32,000 bases of DNA from positions 1,969,126 to 2,001,125 of the forward strand of contig NC_004459.3 of NCBI RefSeq assembly GCF_000039765.1, in the 5' to 3' direction. The DNA is from Vibrio vulnificus CMCP6 (GTDB lineage: Bacteria > Pseudomonadota > Gammaproteobacteria > Enterobacterales > Vibrionaceae). Positions 10,022-19,814 of the stretch are shown here, in pieces. The position numbers and the translations under genes were made by a program. Position 1 is the stretch's first letter. Every line of letters starts with the position of its first letter. Below the pieces are notes generated by a model. It was not told where the DNA came from. It saw only the letters and a list, made by a program, of their open reading frames with translations, and ran no database searches.

Positions 10022-11233
10022 ATGAAACGAGTCGTAATCACCGGTATGGGTATTGTTTCAAGTATCGGTAACAACGTCGAAGAAGTGCTTGCTTCTCTAA
10101 AAGCAGGTAAATCAGGTATCACTTCGTCTGAGCAATTCAAAGAGAAAGGCCTGCGTTCTCAGGTGTGGGGCGATCTGAAAATTACTCCTGCCGATCATAT
10201 CGATCGCAAACAAATGCGCTTTATGGGCGATGCGGCTGCGTATGCATACCTATCGATGGAACAGGCAATCGCGGATGCGGGCCTGACAGAAGATCAAGTT
10301 TCAAATGACCGTACAGGTATCGTTGCGGGTTCTGGTGGTGCTTCATCACTAAACCAAGCGGCGGCAGTAGACACGCTACGTGAAAAAGGTGTGAAACGTA
10401 TCGGTCCTTACATGGTGCCTCGTACCATGTCATCAACCGTTTCTGCGTGTTTGGCAACACCATTTAAGATTCGCGGTGTGAACTACACCATGAGTTCAGC
10501 GTGTGCGACTTCAGCACACTGTATTGGTCACGCAGCGGAACTTATTCAACTTGGCAAACAAGATATCGTGTTTGCAGGTGGTGGTGAAGAGCTTGATTGG
10601 ACATTGACTATGATGTTCGATGCGATGGGCGCACTGTCAACCAAATACAATGAGACGCCAGAAAAAGCGTCTCGTACTTACGATGCAGACCGTGATGGTT
10701 TCGTTATCTCTGGTGGCGGCGGCATGCTGGTGATCGAAGAGCTTGAGCACGCCTTAGCGCGTGGCGCGAAAATTTACGGTGAGATCGTCGGCTATGGTGC
10801 GACATCGGATGGTTACGACATGGTGGCACCATCCGGTGAAGGCGCTGTGCGTTGTATGAAGATGGCGATGCAAGATGTAGAGAAAATCGACTACATCAAC
10901 ACGCATGGTACTTCAACGCCAGTCGGCGATGTCAAAGAATTGGGTGCGATTCAAGAAGTCTTCGCGGGTAACAGCCCTGCTATTTCAGCAACCAAAGCGA
11001 TGACAGGTCACGCATTGGGTGCCGCAGGTGTTCACGAAGCGATTTACTCAACGCTGATGCTACACCACAACTTTATTGCGCCAAGCATCAATATCGAAAA
11101 CCTAGACGCTGCGGCTGAAGGTCTTGATATTGTGACTGAAATGCGTGAAGCAGAATTGAATACAGTGATGTCGAACAGCTTTGGTTTCGGTGGTACCAAT
11201 GCGACTTTGGTGATTAAGAAATACCAAGGTTAA
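10022..11233 (+). CDS. fabB: 3-oxoacyl-ACP synthase I (KAS I) FabB
   Basis: 403 aa. The N-terminus [18 protein letters not shown] is close to E. coli FabB. The active-site Cys lies in [10 protein letters not shown]. The His-His pair lies in HGTSTPVGD and GHALGAAG. Confidence 0.93.
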   Translation: MKRVVITGMGIVSSIGNNVEEVLASLKAGKSGITSSEQFKEKGLRSQVWGDLKITPADHIDRKQMRFMGDAAAYAYLSMEQAIADAGLTEDQVSNDRTGIVAGSGGASSLNQAAAVDTLREKGVKRIGPYMVPRTMSSTVSACLATPFKIRGVNYTMSSACATSAHCIGHAAELIQLGKQDIVFAGGGEELDWTLTMMFDAMGALSTKYNETPEKASRTYDADRDGFVISGGGGMLVIEELEHALARGAKIYGEIVGYGATSDGYDMVAPSGEGAVRCMKMAMQDVEKIDYINTHGTSTPVGDVKELGAIQEVFAGNSPAISATKAMTGHALGAAGVHEAIYSTLMLHHNFIAPSINIENLDAAAEGLDIVTEMREAELNTVMSNSFGFGGTNATLVIKKYQG

Positions 11234-11363
11234 TGGCAAAGCTCAGCCGTGTTGCATCGCAGCACGGTCACCAGTTTCCAGAGCTTGATCAGTACCACTG
11301 ATCGAACAGACGCAGACTCTGTCCCATGGAGAGCGGGACAGGATCCTTTTGTTCTGGAATTTT

Positions 11364-11395
11364 ACCCGGTCTTGTACCGGGTTTTTTCTTTTTGT
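11364..11395 (+). terminator. Rho-independent terminator after fabB
   Basis: ACCCGGT (11364-11370) pairs with ACCGGGT (11376-11382) and is followed by TTTTTCTTTTTG. An additional upstream hairpin, CTGTCCC (11319-11325) / GGGACAG (11335-11341), gives a tandem arrangement. Confidence 0.75.
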
Positions 11396-11476
11396 TTGTC
11401 GGTGAATGTGTTGAGATTTTTATGAAAAAGGGCACAATCACTGCAACTTTCCAATATGGATCTGGGATTTGCCACA

Positions 11477-12610
11477 ATGAAAATTCTTGTTGATGAAAAC
11501 ATGCCTTACGCCGAGACGCTGTTTAGCCAGCTTGGTGAAGTGATTTTGAAGCCGGGCCGCAGTTTGACGGCTGACGACTTGGTGGATATTGATGCACTGA
11601 TGATTCGCTCAGTGACGAAAGTGAACGCTGCATTGATCAGCAAAGCCAACAAACTGAAGTTTGTCGGTACCGCAACAGCGGGCATGGATCACGTTGACCA
11701 AGCGCTATTGAAAGAAAAGGGCATTTACTTTACTGCGGCTCCAGGTTGCAACAAAGTGGGTGTCGCTGAGTATGTCTTTAGTGTCATGATGGTACTGGCA
11801 CAGCAGCAAGGTTTTTCGGTTTTTGAACAAACCGTTGGCATAATTGGTGCTGGGCAAGTTGGCAGTTACTTACAGCAATGTTTGCAAGGCATCGGTATTA
11901 AAGTGCTGATCAATGACCCTTTTAAGCAAGAAGAAGGGGACGAACGTGAGTTCACCTCGCTGGATCGTTTGTTGCAAGAAGCGGATGTCATCACCTTACA
12001 CACGCCAATCACACGCGACGGTAAATATCCGACACATCACCTGATCAACGAAGAAATTCTAAACTCATTGCGTGCGGATCAAATTTTGATTAACGCTGCA
12101 CGTGGTCCTGTGGTCGATAATCAAGCGCTTAAGCGTCGTCTGCAACAAGCTGATGGCTTTATGGCGGCACTTGACGTGTTTGAATTTGAACCAGAGGTTG
12201 ATATGGAGCTACTGCCTCTGTTAGCATTCGCCACCCCTCACGTGGCAGGTTATGGCCTTGAGGGGAAAGCTCGCGGAACCACAATGATCTTCAATAGTTA
12301 TTGTGAGTTCATCGGTAATGAACTTCGTGCGCATGCCAGCGACCTCTTGCCAACTGCGCCTGTGCCAAAAGTGGTACTGGATCGCAAGTGGGATGAAGCA
12401 ACGCTCCATACCCTGACGCAATTGGTCTACGATGTGCGTAGAGATGACGCACAATTCCGACGTGAAATCGGTGCGCCAGGTGCGTTTGACCTAATGCGCA
12501 AAGAGTATTGGGATCGTCGTGAATACAGTGCAGTCACGCTAGTGGGAAGCGCGCAATGTCGTTTAAAACCACTAGCAAAACTAGGTTTTCAAGTTGAGGT
12601 AAGTCAATGA
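11477..12610 (+). CDS. pdxB: Erythronate-4-phosphate dehydrogenase PdxB
   Basis: The track ORF starts at 11456. [13 protein letters not shown] at ATG 11477 is the conserved PdxB N-terminus, giving 377 aa. The NAD-binding motif [10 protein letters not shown] is present. Its stop overlaps the asd start (ATGA at 12607-12610). Confidence 0.9.
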   Translation: MKILVDENMPYAETLFSQLGEVILKPGRSLTADDLVDIDALMIRSVTKVNAALISKANKLKFVGTATAGMDHVDQALLKEKGIYFTAAPGCNKVGVAEYVFSVMMVLAQQQGFSVFEQTVGIIGAGQVGSYLQQCLQGIGIKVLINDPFKQEEGDEREFTSLDRLLQEADVITLHTPITRDGKYPTHHLINEEILNSLRADQILINAARGPVVDNQALKRRLQQADGFMAALDVFEFEPEVDMELLPLLAFATPHVAGYGLEGKARGTTMIFNSYCEFIGNELRAHASDLLPTAPVPKVVLDRKWDEATLHTLTQLVYDVRRDDAQFRREIGAPGAFDLMRKEYWDRREYSAVTLVGSAQCRLKPLAKLGFQVEVSQ

Positions 12611-13620
12611 GCCAACAATACAATGTTGCCATTCTAGGGGCGACCGGAGCGGTCGGTGAAACCATTCTTGAAGTGCTTCAAGAGCGCAAATTTCCTGTCG
12701 GTGAGTTGTACTTGCTAGCCAGTGAGCGCAGTGAAGGTAAGACTTACCGTTTCAACGGTAAAACAATTTACGTGCAAAATGTTGAAGAGTTTGACTGGTC
12801 GCAAGCGCACATTGGTCTGTTCTCTGCTGGCGGTGATCTTTCTGCGAAATGGGCGCCTATTGCAGCAGAGGCTGGTGTAGTCGTGATCGACAACACGTCA
12901 CATTTCCGTTATGAGTACGATATTCCATTGGTGGTTCCAGAAGTTAACCCAGAAGCCATTGCTGAATTCCGTAACCGCAATATCATTGCCAATCCTAACT
13001 GTTCAACCATCCAGATGCTGGTGGCACTTAAGCCAATCTACGATGCAGTAGGTATTGAGCGCATTAACGTTTGTACATATCAGTCGGTTTCTGGTGCGGG
13101 CAAGGCAGGTATTGATGAGCTAGCGGGACAAACCGCGAAACTCTTAAACGGTATTCCGGCGGAAAACAAACAGTTTTCTCAGCAAATTGCGTTTAACTGT
13201 ATTCCACAAATCGACAAATTCATGGATAACGGCTACACCAAAGAAGAGATGAAAATGGTGTGGGAAACGCAGAAAATCTTTAATGATGCGTCGATTACCG
13301 TTAACCCAACGTGCGTGCGCGTCCCGGTTTTCTATGGTCACGCTGAAGCGGTTCATATCGAAACGGGTTCACCGATTGATGCAGAAGAAGTGGTTCGTCT
13401 ACTGGAAGAAACCGAGGGCGTTGAAGTATTCCATGGTGAAGACTTCCCAACCCAAGTTCGCGATGCCGGTGGTAAAAACCATGTGATGGTTGGTCGCATC
13501 CGTAACGACATCAGCCATCACAGTGGCGTGAACTTGTGGATCGTGGCTGATAACGTGCGTAAAGGTGCCGCAACCAATGCTGTTCAAATCGCAGAAGTGC
13601 TGATTCGCGACTACTACTGA
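12607..13620 (+). CDS. asd: Aspartate-semialdehyde dehydrogenase (337-aa short form, in the position of E. coli usg)
   Basis: It has the GATGAVG nucleotide-binding motif. The catalytic cysteine is retained in [12 protein letters not shown] and the His in FYGHAEAV. These argue for an active ASADH rather than an inactive USG-1-like paralogue. Confidence 0.88.
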   Translation: MSQQYNVAILGATGAVGETILEVLQERKFPVGELYLLASERSEGKTYRFNGKTIYVQNVEEFDWSQAHIGLFSAGGDLSAKWAPIAAEAGVVVIDNTSHFRYEYDIPLVVPEVNPEAIAEFRNRNIIANPNCSTIQMLVALKPIYDAVGIERINVCTYQSVSGAGKAGIDELAGQTAKLLNGIPAENKQFSQQIAFNCIPQIDKFMDNGYTKEEMKMVWETQKIFNDASITVNPTCVRVPVFYGHAEAVHIETGSPIDAEEVVRLLEETEGVEVFHGEDFPTQVRDAGGKNHVMVGRIRNDISHHSGVNLWIVADNVRKGAATNAVQIAEVLIRDYY

Positions 13621-13656
13621 TCTCGAAACACTCGGCTTCAAGCCTTAAGAATACTC

Positions 13657-13685
13657 AAGCCTCGCCATGTGCGAGGCTTTTTTGT
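13657..13685 (+). terminator. Rho-independent terminator after asd
   Basis: AAGCCTCGC (13657-13665) pairs with GCGAGGCTT (13671-13679) across a 5-nt loop, followed by a T run. Confidence 0.85.
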
Positions 13686-13833
13686 TCGATTAGAGAGCAA
13701 TTGTGTGAGATTAGTACGAATATCATGTCAGACCCACATTTTTTGGCTTAATTCCTATAGTTTTGCCGTGGTTATCCGATATATTTAACAGATCATGATT
13801 TAAATTATAACTAAGCACAGAGCTGAGCCTTCT

Positions 13834-16800
13834 ATGCGTCAAATTTTTAAGCGCCTGTTAGCCCCTTTATTGCTAATGACTGCGCTACCGACATCAGTTT
13901 CACAAGCGGACGGCATTCGATTAGTCGGTCCTACTGGTGAAGTGCAATCATCGCCAAGTTTTTCAGAACAAGTTGAGCGTGCCAACTCGCCACTGCCTGT
14001 TTCCGATGAACCTTCTCGTTTCTATGGCCCAACAAGTGCAAACGAAACCTTGTGGTCAATCGCCAGCAAATTACGCCCCGCAAATAACGTCTCGGTACAA
14101 CAAACTCTCTTAGCCATTTACCGATTAAACCCGCAGGCGTTTGAAAACCAAAATATTCACAGTTTAGTACCTGGTAGTACCTTGCGTGTGCCGTCGCTCG
14201 CTCAAGTGCGCAGCGCTTCAACCGAGCAAGCGGTTACGGTGATGAAAGCACATCAGGATAAGCTCAACGCGACTTCTCGTCCTATTGCGCCAACGCCAGT
14301 TACTCGCCCAGTCAAAGTGACGCCAGCGACACCAGCCCAAGCAGTGAGCGAAACGGTGAAGGTGGAGTCCCCAGTCGACACTACACCAGTGAAGGCACCA
14401 GATGTTCCTCAAGTGAAAACACTTGAGAAACAGCTCGAGATGTCTGAAAGCGAATTAACCGCGCTGGAAGAAAAGAACCACAATTTGCGTTTGATGTTGG
14501 CGGAAGTTCAGTCCGAAGTGGATGGATTGAAAACGGAGCTGGGTGATGAAAACCGTATTCGTTCCGAAGTTGAGAAGTTACTCGCGGAAGAAAAGGCGAA
14601 GCTTGAAGAACAGCAACGCATGCAACCATCGGCGTTTGATCAATTCTTATCAAATGGCTGGATGGTGGCTGCCGCTGCCCTGATTCCTGGGGCATTGATC
14701 GGCCTTTTGATTGTGATGCTACTGGGGCGCCGTAAAGAAGCGGAGCCAAGCGCAAGCGAAACACAAACTGAAGCGCCATTAACACCACCGCCAATGTCAG
14801 ATTCGGATCTGGACGATCTGACCGATGATCTCACCCTCGATGATGACCTCTTCAGCGACAGCGATGACAATAGCGAGTTGCTGTTTGATGACACTATGGG
14901 AGACGACGAAAACGACGTCTTTGGTGATCTTGACGACAGTGATCTCGATTTCAATCTTGAAGGCGAAGATGGTGAAGACCCATTTGCTAGCATCGGTGAT
15001 GACGGCGATCTGGATACTGACTTCGACGACTTTGACTCATCAAACAACGGCATCAGTGTTAAAGGTTCTGACAAAGCGCTGGGTCTTGAAGAGATGGAGC
15101 GTGCGCTGGATGAAGTTAGCCCAGAGCTAGAAATCACTGACGACGAAGAGAGTGACTTTGATCTTTCTGGTGAAAACGTCGGCATGTCAGAAGATGACTT
15201 AGCGGAATTGCTGGCGTCCGATGAACCGACGGAAGACCTAGGTGATTCAGCCCTTGACCAGTCAATGCTTGATGATCTGTTCTCCAACTTGGGTGACGAT
15301 GATGAAGTTGACGAATTTGATTTAGGTTTAGATGAAGATAGCGCGGCTGCACCAACTGAAAACAAACAGATGTCTGATGCAATGTCTGGAACGATGGCAT
15401 CAGATGAAGATATTGATCAGCTACTGGCCCAGTTTGATGAGCCAGTCATCGATGAATCAGAACTGGAAACGCAAAGCAGCCTAGACGAATTAGAGTCACT
15501 ATTGGAGTCTGGTGCTGACGACACGCAAGACGACTTATCCACCTCATTGTTAGATGAGATGTTGGAACAGGCTTCAGATGATGAAGTGAGCCTCGATCCT
15601 CTTGATGAGCTCGAAGCTCTGGCGGGTCTAACTGACGATGAGATTGAGGTATCGCCAACAGACACCGAGCTGCTTGATGAGCTACTCGAAGCGGACGAAG
15701 AAGAATCACTTGATGAATTTGATCCACTCAGTGAGTTAGAGGAGCTCGCGGCCTTTGGTCAAGATGAGGTTGTGCCTGAGCTGGATGAAAACAGCACCGA
15801 TCTGCTCGATGAATTACTTGAAAGCGCACCAGAGAGTGATGAGTCGCTTGAGTGGCCAGAAGAAGAGTTGGCAACGGCAGAGGAAAGCGATCTCTTTGAT
15901 GAACTGATTGGCTTAGATGAGAGCGACAAAGCTCAAGAGGACGATGCCGCTGAATCGTTCGATTTTGCCGCAGAGCTGGATGCTGCATTAGATTCATCAG
16001 AAGATTTTGTTGAACTGTCCGTTTCTGAACCTGCGATTGAAGAGGTGAGTGCGGAAGTTGACTCGGTAGACAACACAGCGATTGATGAGCTATTGGATGA
16101 CGTTCTCCCTCTTGAGGAAGCGTCACCTGAGCAAGATGAACTGACGGCAGAGGTCGAAGAACTTGTTGAGTCCATCGATAGCCCAATGGCTGACGATGAA
16201 TTTGAACCAACAGAATTCAATAGCAGCCATTTTGCTGAAGATTTGGCTAACGTTGCGCCGACGCTTGATCCACTGCTAGATGCATTCCCAGAGGATATTG
16301 AAGAAGTCAGCACCGCTGAAGCAGAACTGAATACCGATCCCCAGAACCTACAAGAGTCGCTGGACGATTCAACAGAATCACTGCTTGAAGAGGCGGCGCC
16401 GTCTGAGTCTGTCTTACCTACAGAGCTGCTTGCCGATCTGCCATTGGAAGAGGGGGAAAGTGGTGATGCCGATGACATCGATGCTCAAGATGACCAAGAT
16501 GATGATTGGTTGCAAGCCGCCATTGATGAGGTAGAAAGCCCACGTCAGTCAATCGATGAGTATGAGCCTACAACGCAGACGGAAACCGCAGAGCAAGAAC
16601 TGCTTTCTGACCATGAGATAGCGACAACGGCACCTGAGCTTGATGTTGAGGAATCACAAGAGCCACAGGAAGAAGACTGGCTACAAAGTGCGATTGATGA
16701 AGTTGAATCACCGCAGATTGATTCAGAGCTGCATGAGGTCGATTCAGATGAGCGCATTGCATCGACTTCTTTGGCGACAGAGGTTACTGAAGAAGCGTTA

Positions 16801-19689
16801 GATGGGCATCCTGATGACGCCATGCTTTCAGAGCTCGATGACACACAAGCTCAAGACGATGAGCTTGTGGATCTTATTGACGATATCGCAGAGCCTGTTT
16901 CGACTGACGCAGAAGCGTTGTTGGCGCAGGACATTGAGGATGCTCAAGAGCTTGAGGCAACTGCAACGGAGATGCCGTTAGAAGAGCCTGTTCATGAAAC
17001 GCCGACACCAAACGCAGTGCCAAATGAATTTGGTACTCCCGTCGAAGAAGATTGGGCAGAAGCAGAGACTCTTTTTGATGGTCTAGTAACCGACAGTGAA
17101 CTGCCACAAGCACAACAAGAAGAATCGCTAGCAGGATTAGCAGAGGCTGAATCGACGGCAGAACAGGACGACAGTCTCGACGACTTAGAACTGTTGGAAT
17201 TCGATGAAGAAGATGCACTGGAAGCCTTAGCTGATGAGTCTGCACAAGAAGCCAATGCGGTGCTCGGTGAAGATGCTATCGGCTTGGATGAGTTAGCGCT
17301 TAACGAGTTTGGCGAAGATGACGAGTTGGCTGTGCTAGCCGATGAGCCTGGTTTTGCGGAACCTTCGCTTGAGAGTGAGCTTGAAGACATTGATCTTGAC
17401 GAACTGGATTTCCCAGAGTTTGGTGAAGAAGAAGCGTTAGCCTCTCTTGAAGAGGAGCCGATGCTATCTGAGGTCGAATTGTCTGAGTCGGATTTGGCGA
17501 CGCCACCAATCGACGAAACTGAGCTACTGGAGCAAGCTGAAAGCGCGGTGACCGATCTCGGCAGCATTGAGTTTGATGAGAGTGAACTACCGGAGTTCGG
17601 TGAGGAAGATGCACTGTCTGCAATGGCAGATGGCCCTTCACTCGCAGATTTTGAATTAGATGAGCCCGTTGAAGAAGGTGAAATCGACCTTGCTGATGAG
17701 GTTGAGTTTGACGAACTCGAACTGCCAGAGTTTGGCGAAGACGAAGCACTGGCTGCGATGGCAGACGAGCCTTCTTACGACGCTCCGGTTGTGGAAGAGG
17801 AAGTGTTTGCGGCTGAAGAGCCAGCCGTTGAATCCGACATCACAAGTGACGACTCCGCGTTAGATGAAGTGCTTGAGCCAAGCGAAGTCGCAACTGACAA
17901 CGTAGAAAGTGCAGAAGAGCAAGCTCAAGCCGAAACAACGGACGATGTATTCGACTTTGACGAGCTAGAGCTGCCAGAGTTTGGCGAAGACGAAGCGCTG
18001 GCCGCAATGGCAGATGAGCCTTCTTACGACGCTCCGGTTGTGGAAGAGGAAGTGTTTGCGGCTGAAGAGCCAGCCGTTGAATCTGAAGTGACCAGCGAAG
18101 AATCTGCGTTAGATGACGTTCTTGAGCCAAGCGAAGTTGCAGATGACAACGTAGAAAGTGCAGAAGAGCAAGCTCAAGCCGAAACAACGGACGATGCGTT
18201 CGACTTTGACGAACTCGAATTGCCAGAGTTTGGTGAAGACGAAGCACTGGCCGCAATGGCAGACGAGCCTTCTTACGATGCCCCAGTTGTGGAAGAGGAC
18301 GCGTTTGCAACGGAAGAGCCAGCCGTCGAATCCGAAATCACAAGTGACGAGTCCGCGTTAGATGAAGTGCTTGAGCCAAGCGAAGCGGCAACTGACAACG
18401 TAGAAAGTGCAGAAGAGCAAGCTCAAGCCGAAACAACGGACGATGCGTTCGACTTTGACGAACTCGAATTGCCAGTGTTTGGCGAAGACGAAGCGCTGGT
18501 CGCAATGGCAGACGAGCCTTCTTACGATGCTCCGCTTGTAGAAGAGGAAGCGTTTGCGGCCGAAGAGCCAGCCGTTGAATCTGAAGTGACAAGCGAAGAA
18601 TCTGCGTTAGATGACGTTCTTGAGCCAAGCGAAGCGGCAACTGACAACGTAGAAAGTGCAGAAGAGCAAGTTCAAGCCGAAATAACGGACGATGCGTTCG
18701 ACGTTGACGAACTAGAATTGCCGGAGTTTGGCGAAGATGAGGCGGCAGAAGCGGTTGCCAGTGAGCCAAATATCGAACCTGACGCCGAGCCTGAAGCAGA
18801 ATCAGATGACTTTGAAATTGATGATATCGAACTGCCAGAATTTGGCGAAGAAGATGCCATTGTTTCGGTTGCAGAGGAGCTCGAGGAAGCGCCAATTACC
18901 TCCGAGCCAGAAGAGCAAGATTATCATTTTGACTCTTTAGAATTACCATCGATAGAAGAGAGTGGTGAGTTAAATACGGTTAACAAGCCGCATATCAATC
19001 CTTCTTCTTATGAAGAACAAGATGCTCTATTTGATGTTTTTGCTCAGGAAGCGGGCTTCAATATCGCAGAAGACGAGGTACTTCATTCTGAATTTGATGA
19101 AGCAGCGATGGCGGATCTGCTTTCTGAAGACGCTTTGGATGATAATTTCTTCCCAGAATCGCCCGATGATGAAATGGCTGCCAGTGCTGGTATGGACATT
19201 GAGGCGATGTTGGAAGTCGGCGGCGACGACTGGAATGGCTTTAAACTACCGGATAATCCATCAGCAGAAGTAACGAGTGATGTGCCTGCTGAAGAGCGCG
19301 AAATTTGGAGCTCAGAAGAGGCCCTCCGACAACCCAATATCGATGAGGAAAACTGGGCCGAACAAGACGACTTTGATCCGAAGAAAAACCAGTACATGAC
19401 GATTGACGAGCTCATGGCTCAAGTTGATGGTGATGAAGTGGAGTTCGAAGAGGAAGATCTCAAACTGGATGTCGGCCTGGATGAATTTCCTGACGTGATT
19501 GGGGACATTAGCAACGTGGATGTGGATGAAAACGCAGAAGCGTCGGGTAAATTGGATCTGGCAAAAATTTATATCGAAATGAACGATGCAGAAGGGGCAA
19601 TCAAACTGCTCGAAGAAGCGATTGTTTATGGTGATGATGATGTTCGCCGTGAAGCGAAGAATCTCATTGATATGATTAACGGCCGTTAG
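13834..19689 (+). CDS. hubP: FimV/HubP-family polar landmark protein: LysM peptidoglycan-binding domain, a single TM segment, a giant acidic repeat-rich cytoplasmic region, and a FimV C-terminal domain
   Basis: 1951 aa. A signal-like N-terminus (residues 1-25, ..SVSQA) is followed by a LysM-like segment (residues about 63-120, nt 14023-14193). Next comes a coiled-coil segment (EKQLEMSESELTALEEKNHNLRL..) and a TM helix WMVAAAALIPGALIGLLIVMLLG (nt 14659-14727). About 1600 aa dominated by Asp/Glu with repeated motifs follow. The C-terminus GKLDLAKIYIEMNDAEGAIKLLEEAIVYGDDDVRREAKNLIDMI is typical of FimV/HubP. The asd-fimV-truA synteny matches Pseudomonas and Vibrio. Confidence 0.85.
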   Translation: MRQIFKRLLAPLLLMTALPTSVSQADGIRLVGPTGEVQSSPSFSEQVERANSPLPVSDEPSRFYGPTSANETLWSIASKLRPANNVSVQQTLLAIYRLNPQAFENQNIHSLVPGSTLRVPSLAQVRSASTEQAVTVMKAHQDKLNATSRPIAPTPVTRPVKVTPATPAQAVSETVKVESPVDTTPVKAPDVPQVKTLEKQLEMSESELTALEEKNHNLRLMLAEVQSEVDGLKTELGDENRIRSEVEKLLAEEKAKLEEQQRMQPSAFDQFLSNGWMVAAAALIPGALIGLLIVMLLGRRKEAEPSASETQTEAPLTPPPMSDSDLDDLTDDLTLDDDLFSDSDDNSELLFDDTMGDDENDVFGDLDDSDLDFNLEGEDGEDPFASIGDDGDLDTDFDDFDSSNNGISVKGSDKALGLEEMERALDEVSPELEITDDEESDFDLSGENVGMSEDDLAELLASDEPTEDLGDSALDQSMLDDLFSNLGDDDEVDEFDLGLDEDSAAAPTENKQMSDAMSGTMASDEDIDQLLAQFDEPVIDESELETQSSLDELESLLESGADDTQDDLSTSLLDEMLEQASDDEVSLDPLDELEALAGLTDDEIEVSPTDTELLDELLEADEEESLDEFDPLSELEELAAFGQDEVVPELDENSTDLLDELLESAPESDESLEWPEEELATAEESDLFDELIGLDESDKAQEDDAAESFDFAAELDAALDSSEDFVELSVSEPAIEEVSAEVDSVDNTAIDELLDDVLPLEEASPEQDELTAEVEELVESIDSPMADDEFEPTEFNSSHFAEDLANVAPTLDPLLDAFPEDIEEVSTAEAELNTDPQNLQESLDDSTESLLEEAAPSESVLPTELLADLPLEEGESGDADDIDAQDDQDDDWLQAAIDEVESPRQSIDEYEPTTQTETAEQELLSDHEIATTAPELDVEESQEPQEEDWLQSAIDEVESPQIDSELHEVDSDERIASTSLATEVTEEALDGHPDDAMLSELDDTQAQDDELVDLIDDIAEPVSTDAEALLAQDIEDAQELEATATEMPLEEPVHETPTPNAVPNEFGTPVEEDWAEAETLFDGLVTDSELPQAQQEESLAGLAEAESTAEQDDSLDDLELLEFDEEDALEALADESAQEANAVLGEDAIGLDELALNEFGEDDELAVLADEPGFAEPSLESELEDIDLDELDFPEFGEEEALASLEEEPMLSEVELSESDLATPPIDETELLEQAESAVTDLGSIEFDESELPEFGEEDALSAMADGPSLADFELDEPVEEGEIDLADEVEFDELELPEFGEDEALAAMADEPSYDAPVVEEEVFAAEEPAVESDITSDDSALDEVLEPSEVATDNVESAEEQAQAETTDDVFDFDELELPEFGEDEALAAMADEPSYDAPVVEEEVFAAEEPAVESEVTSEESALDDVLEPSEVADDNVESAEEQAQAETTDDAFDFDELELPEFGEDEALAAMADEPSYDAPVVEEDAFATEEPAVESEITSDESALDEVLEPSEAATDNVESAEEQAQAETTDDAFDFDELELPVFGEDEALVAMADEPSYDAPLVEEEAFAAEEPAVESEVTSEESALDDVLEPSEAATDNVESAEEQVQAEITDDAFDVDELELPEFGEDEAAEAVASEPNIEPDAEPEAESDDFEIDDIELPEFGEEDAIVSVAEELEEAPITSEPEEQDYHFDSLELPSIEESGELNTVNKPHINPSSYEEQDALFDVFAQEAGFNIAEDEVLHSEFDEAAMADLLSEDALDDNFFPESPDDEMAASAGMDIEAMLEVGGDDWNGFKLPDNPSAEVTSDVPAEEREIWSSEEALRQPNIDEENWAEQDDFDPKKNQYMTIDELMAQVDGDEVEFEEEDLKLDVGLDEFPDVIGDISNVDVDENAEASGKLDLAKIYIEMNDAEGAIKLLEEAIVYGDDDVRREAKNLIDMINGR
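17713..18708 (+). repeat. Four in-frame tandem copies of a 249-bp (83-aa) unit inside hubP
   Basis: Unit starts fall at 17713, 17962, 18211 and 18460, with the next degenerate unit at 18709. Spacing is exactly 249 bp. Each unit encodes ELELPEFGEDEALAAMADEPSYDAP..VESAEEQAQAETTDDAFDFD. The copies differ at only scattered positions by eye. Confidence 0.95.
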
Positions 19690-19708
19690 TTTCAGTTCTT
19701 AAGTAACA

Positions 19709-19736
19709 AGGGGCAGCTTTCGCTGCCCCTGTTTTA
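19709..19736 (+). terminator. Rho-independent terminator after hubP
   Basis: AGGGGCAGC (19709-19717) pairs with GCTGCCCCT (19722-19730) across a TTTC loop, followed by GTTTTAT. Confidence 0.8.
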
Positions 19737-19814
19737 TCGCTCGAGGCTTGAGGATTAGAAATTCCAGCCACAACCGTTTATACTTCCCGCCCCAAATTCA
19801 AATCGAAGGTTATC

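Noticed and set aside
17713-18708. Regular 249-bp direct repeats might be a CRISPR array, a satellite or a mobile-element terminus.
   Set aside because: The repeats are contiguous with no unique spacers. The period is a multiple of three. They lie in-frame within one long ORF and encode a conserved acidic protein motif, so this is a coding tandem repeat.
14218-19415. Many long minus-strand and alternative-frame ORFs inside hubP. Examples are 14640-15365 (241 aa), 15933-16478 (181 aa), 16992-17567 (191 aa) and 18338-18895 (185 aa), mostly Ser-, Leu-, Arg- or Gln-rich.
   Set aside because: They are mirror images of the GAN/GCN-rich acidic codon repeats of the sense strand, which give Ser- and Leu-rich, stop-poor antisense frames. 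They have no start context and a low-complexity composition. The sense frame is a single uninterrupted 1951-codon ORF with recognisable domains at both ends.
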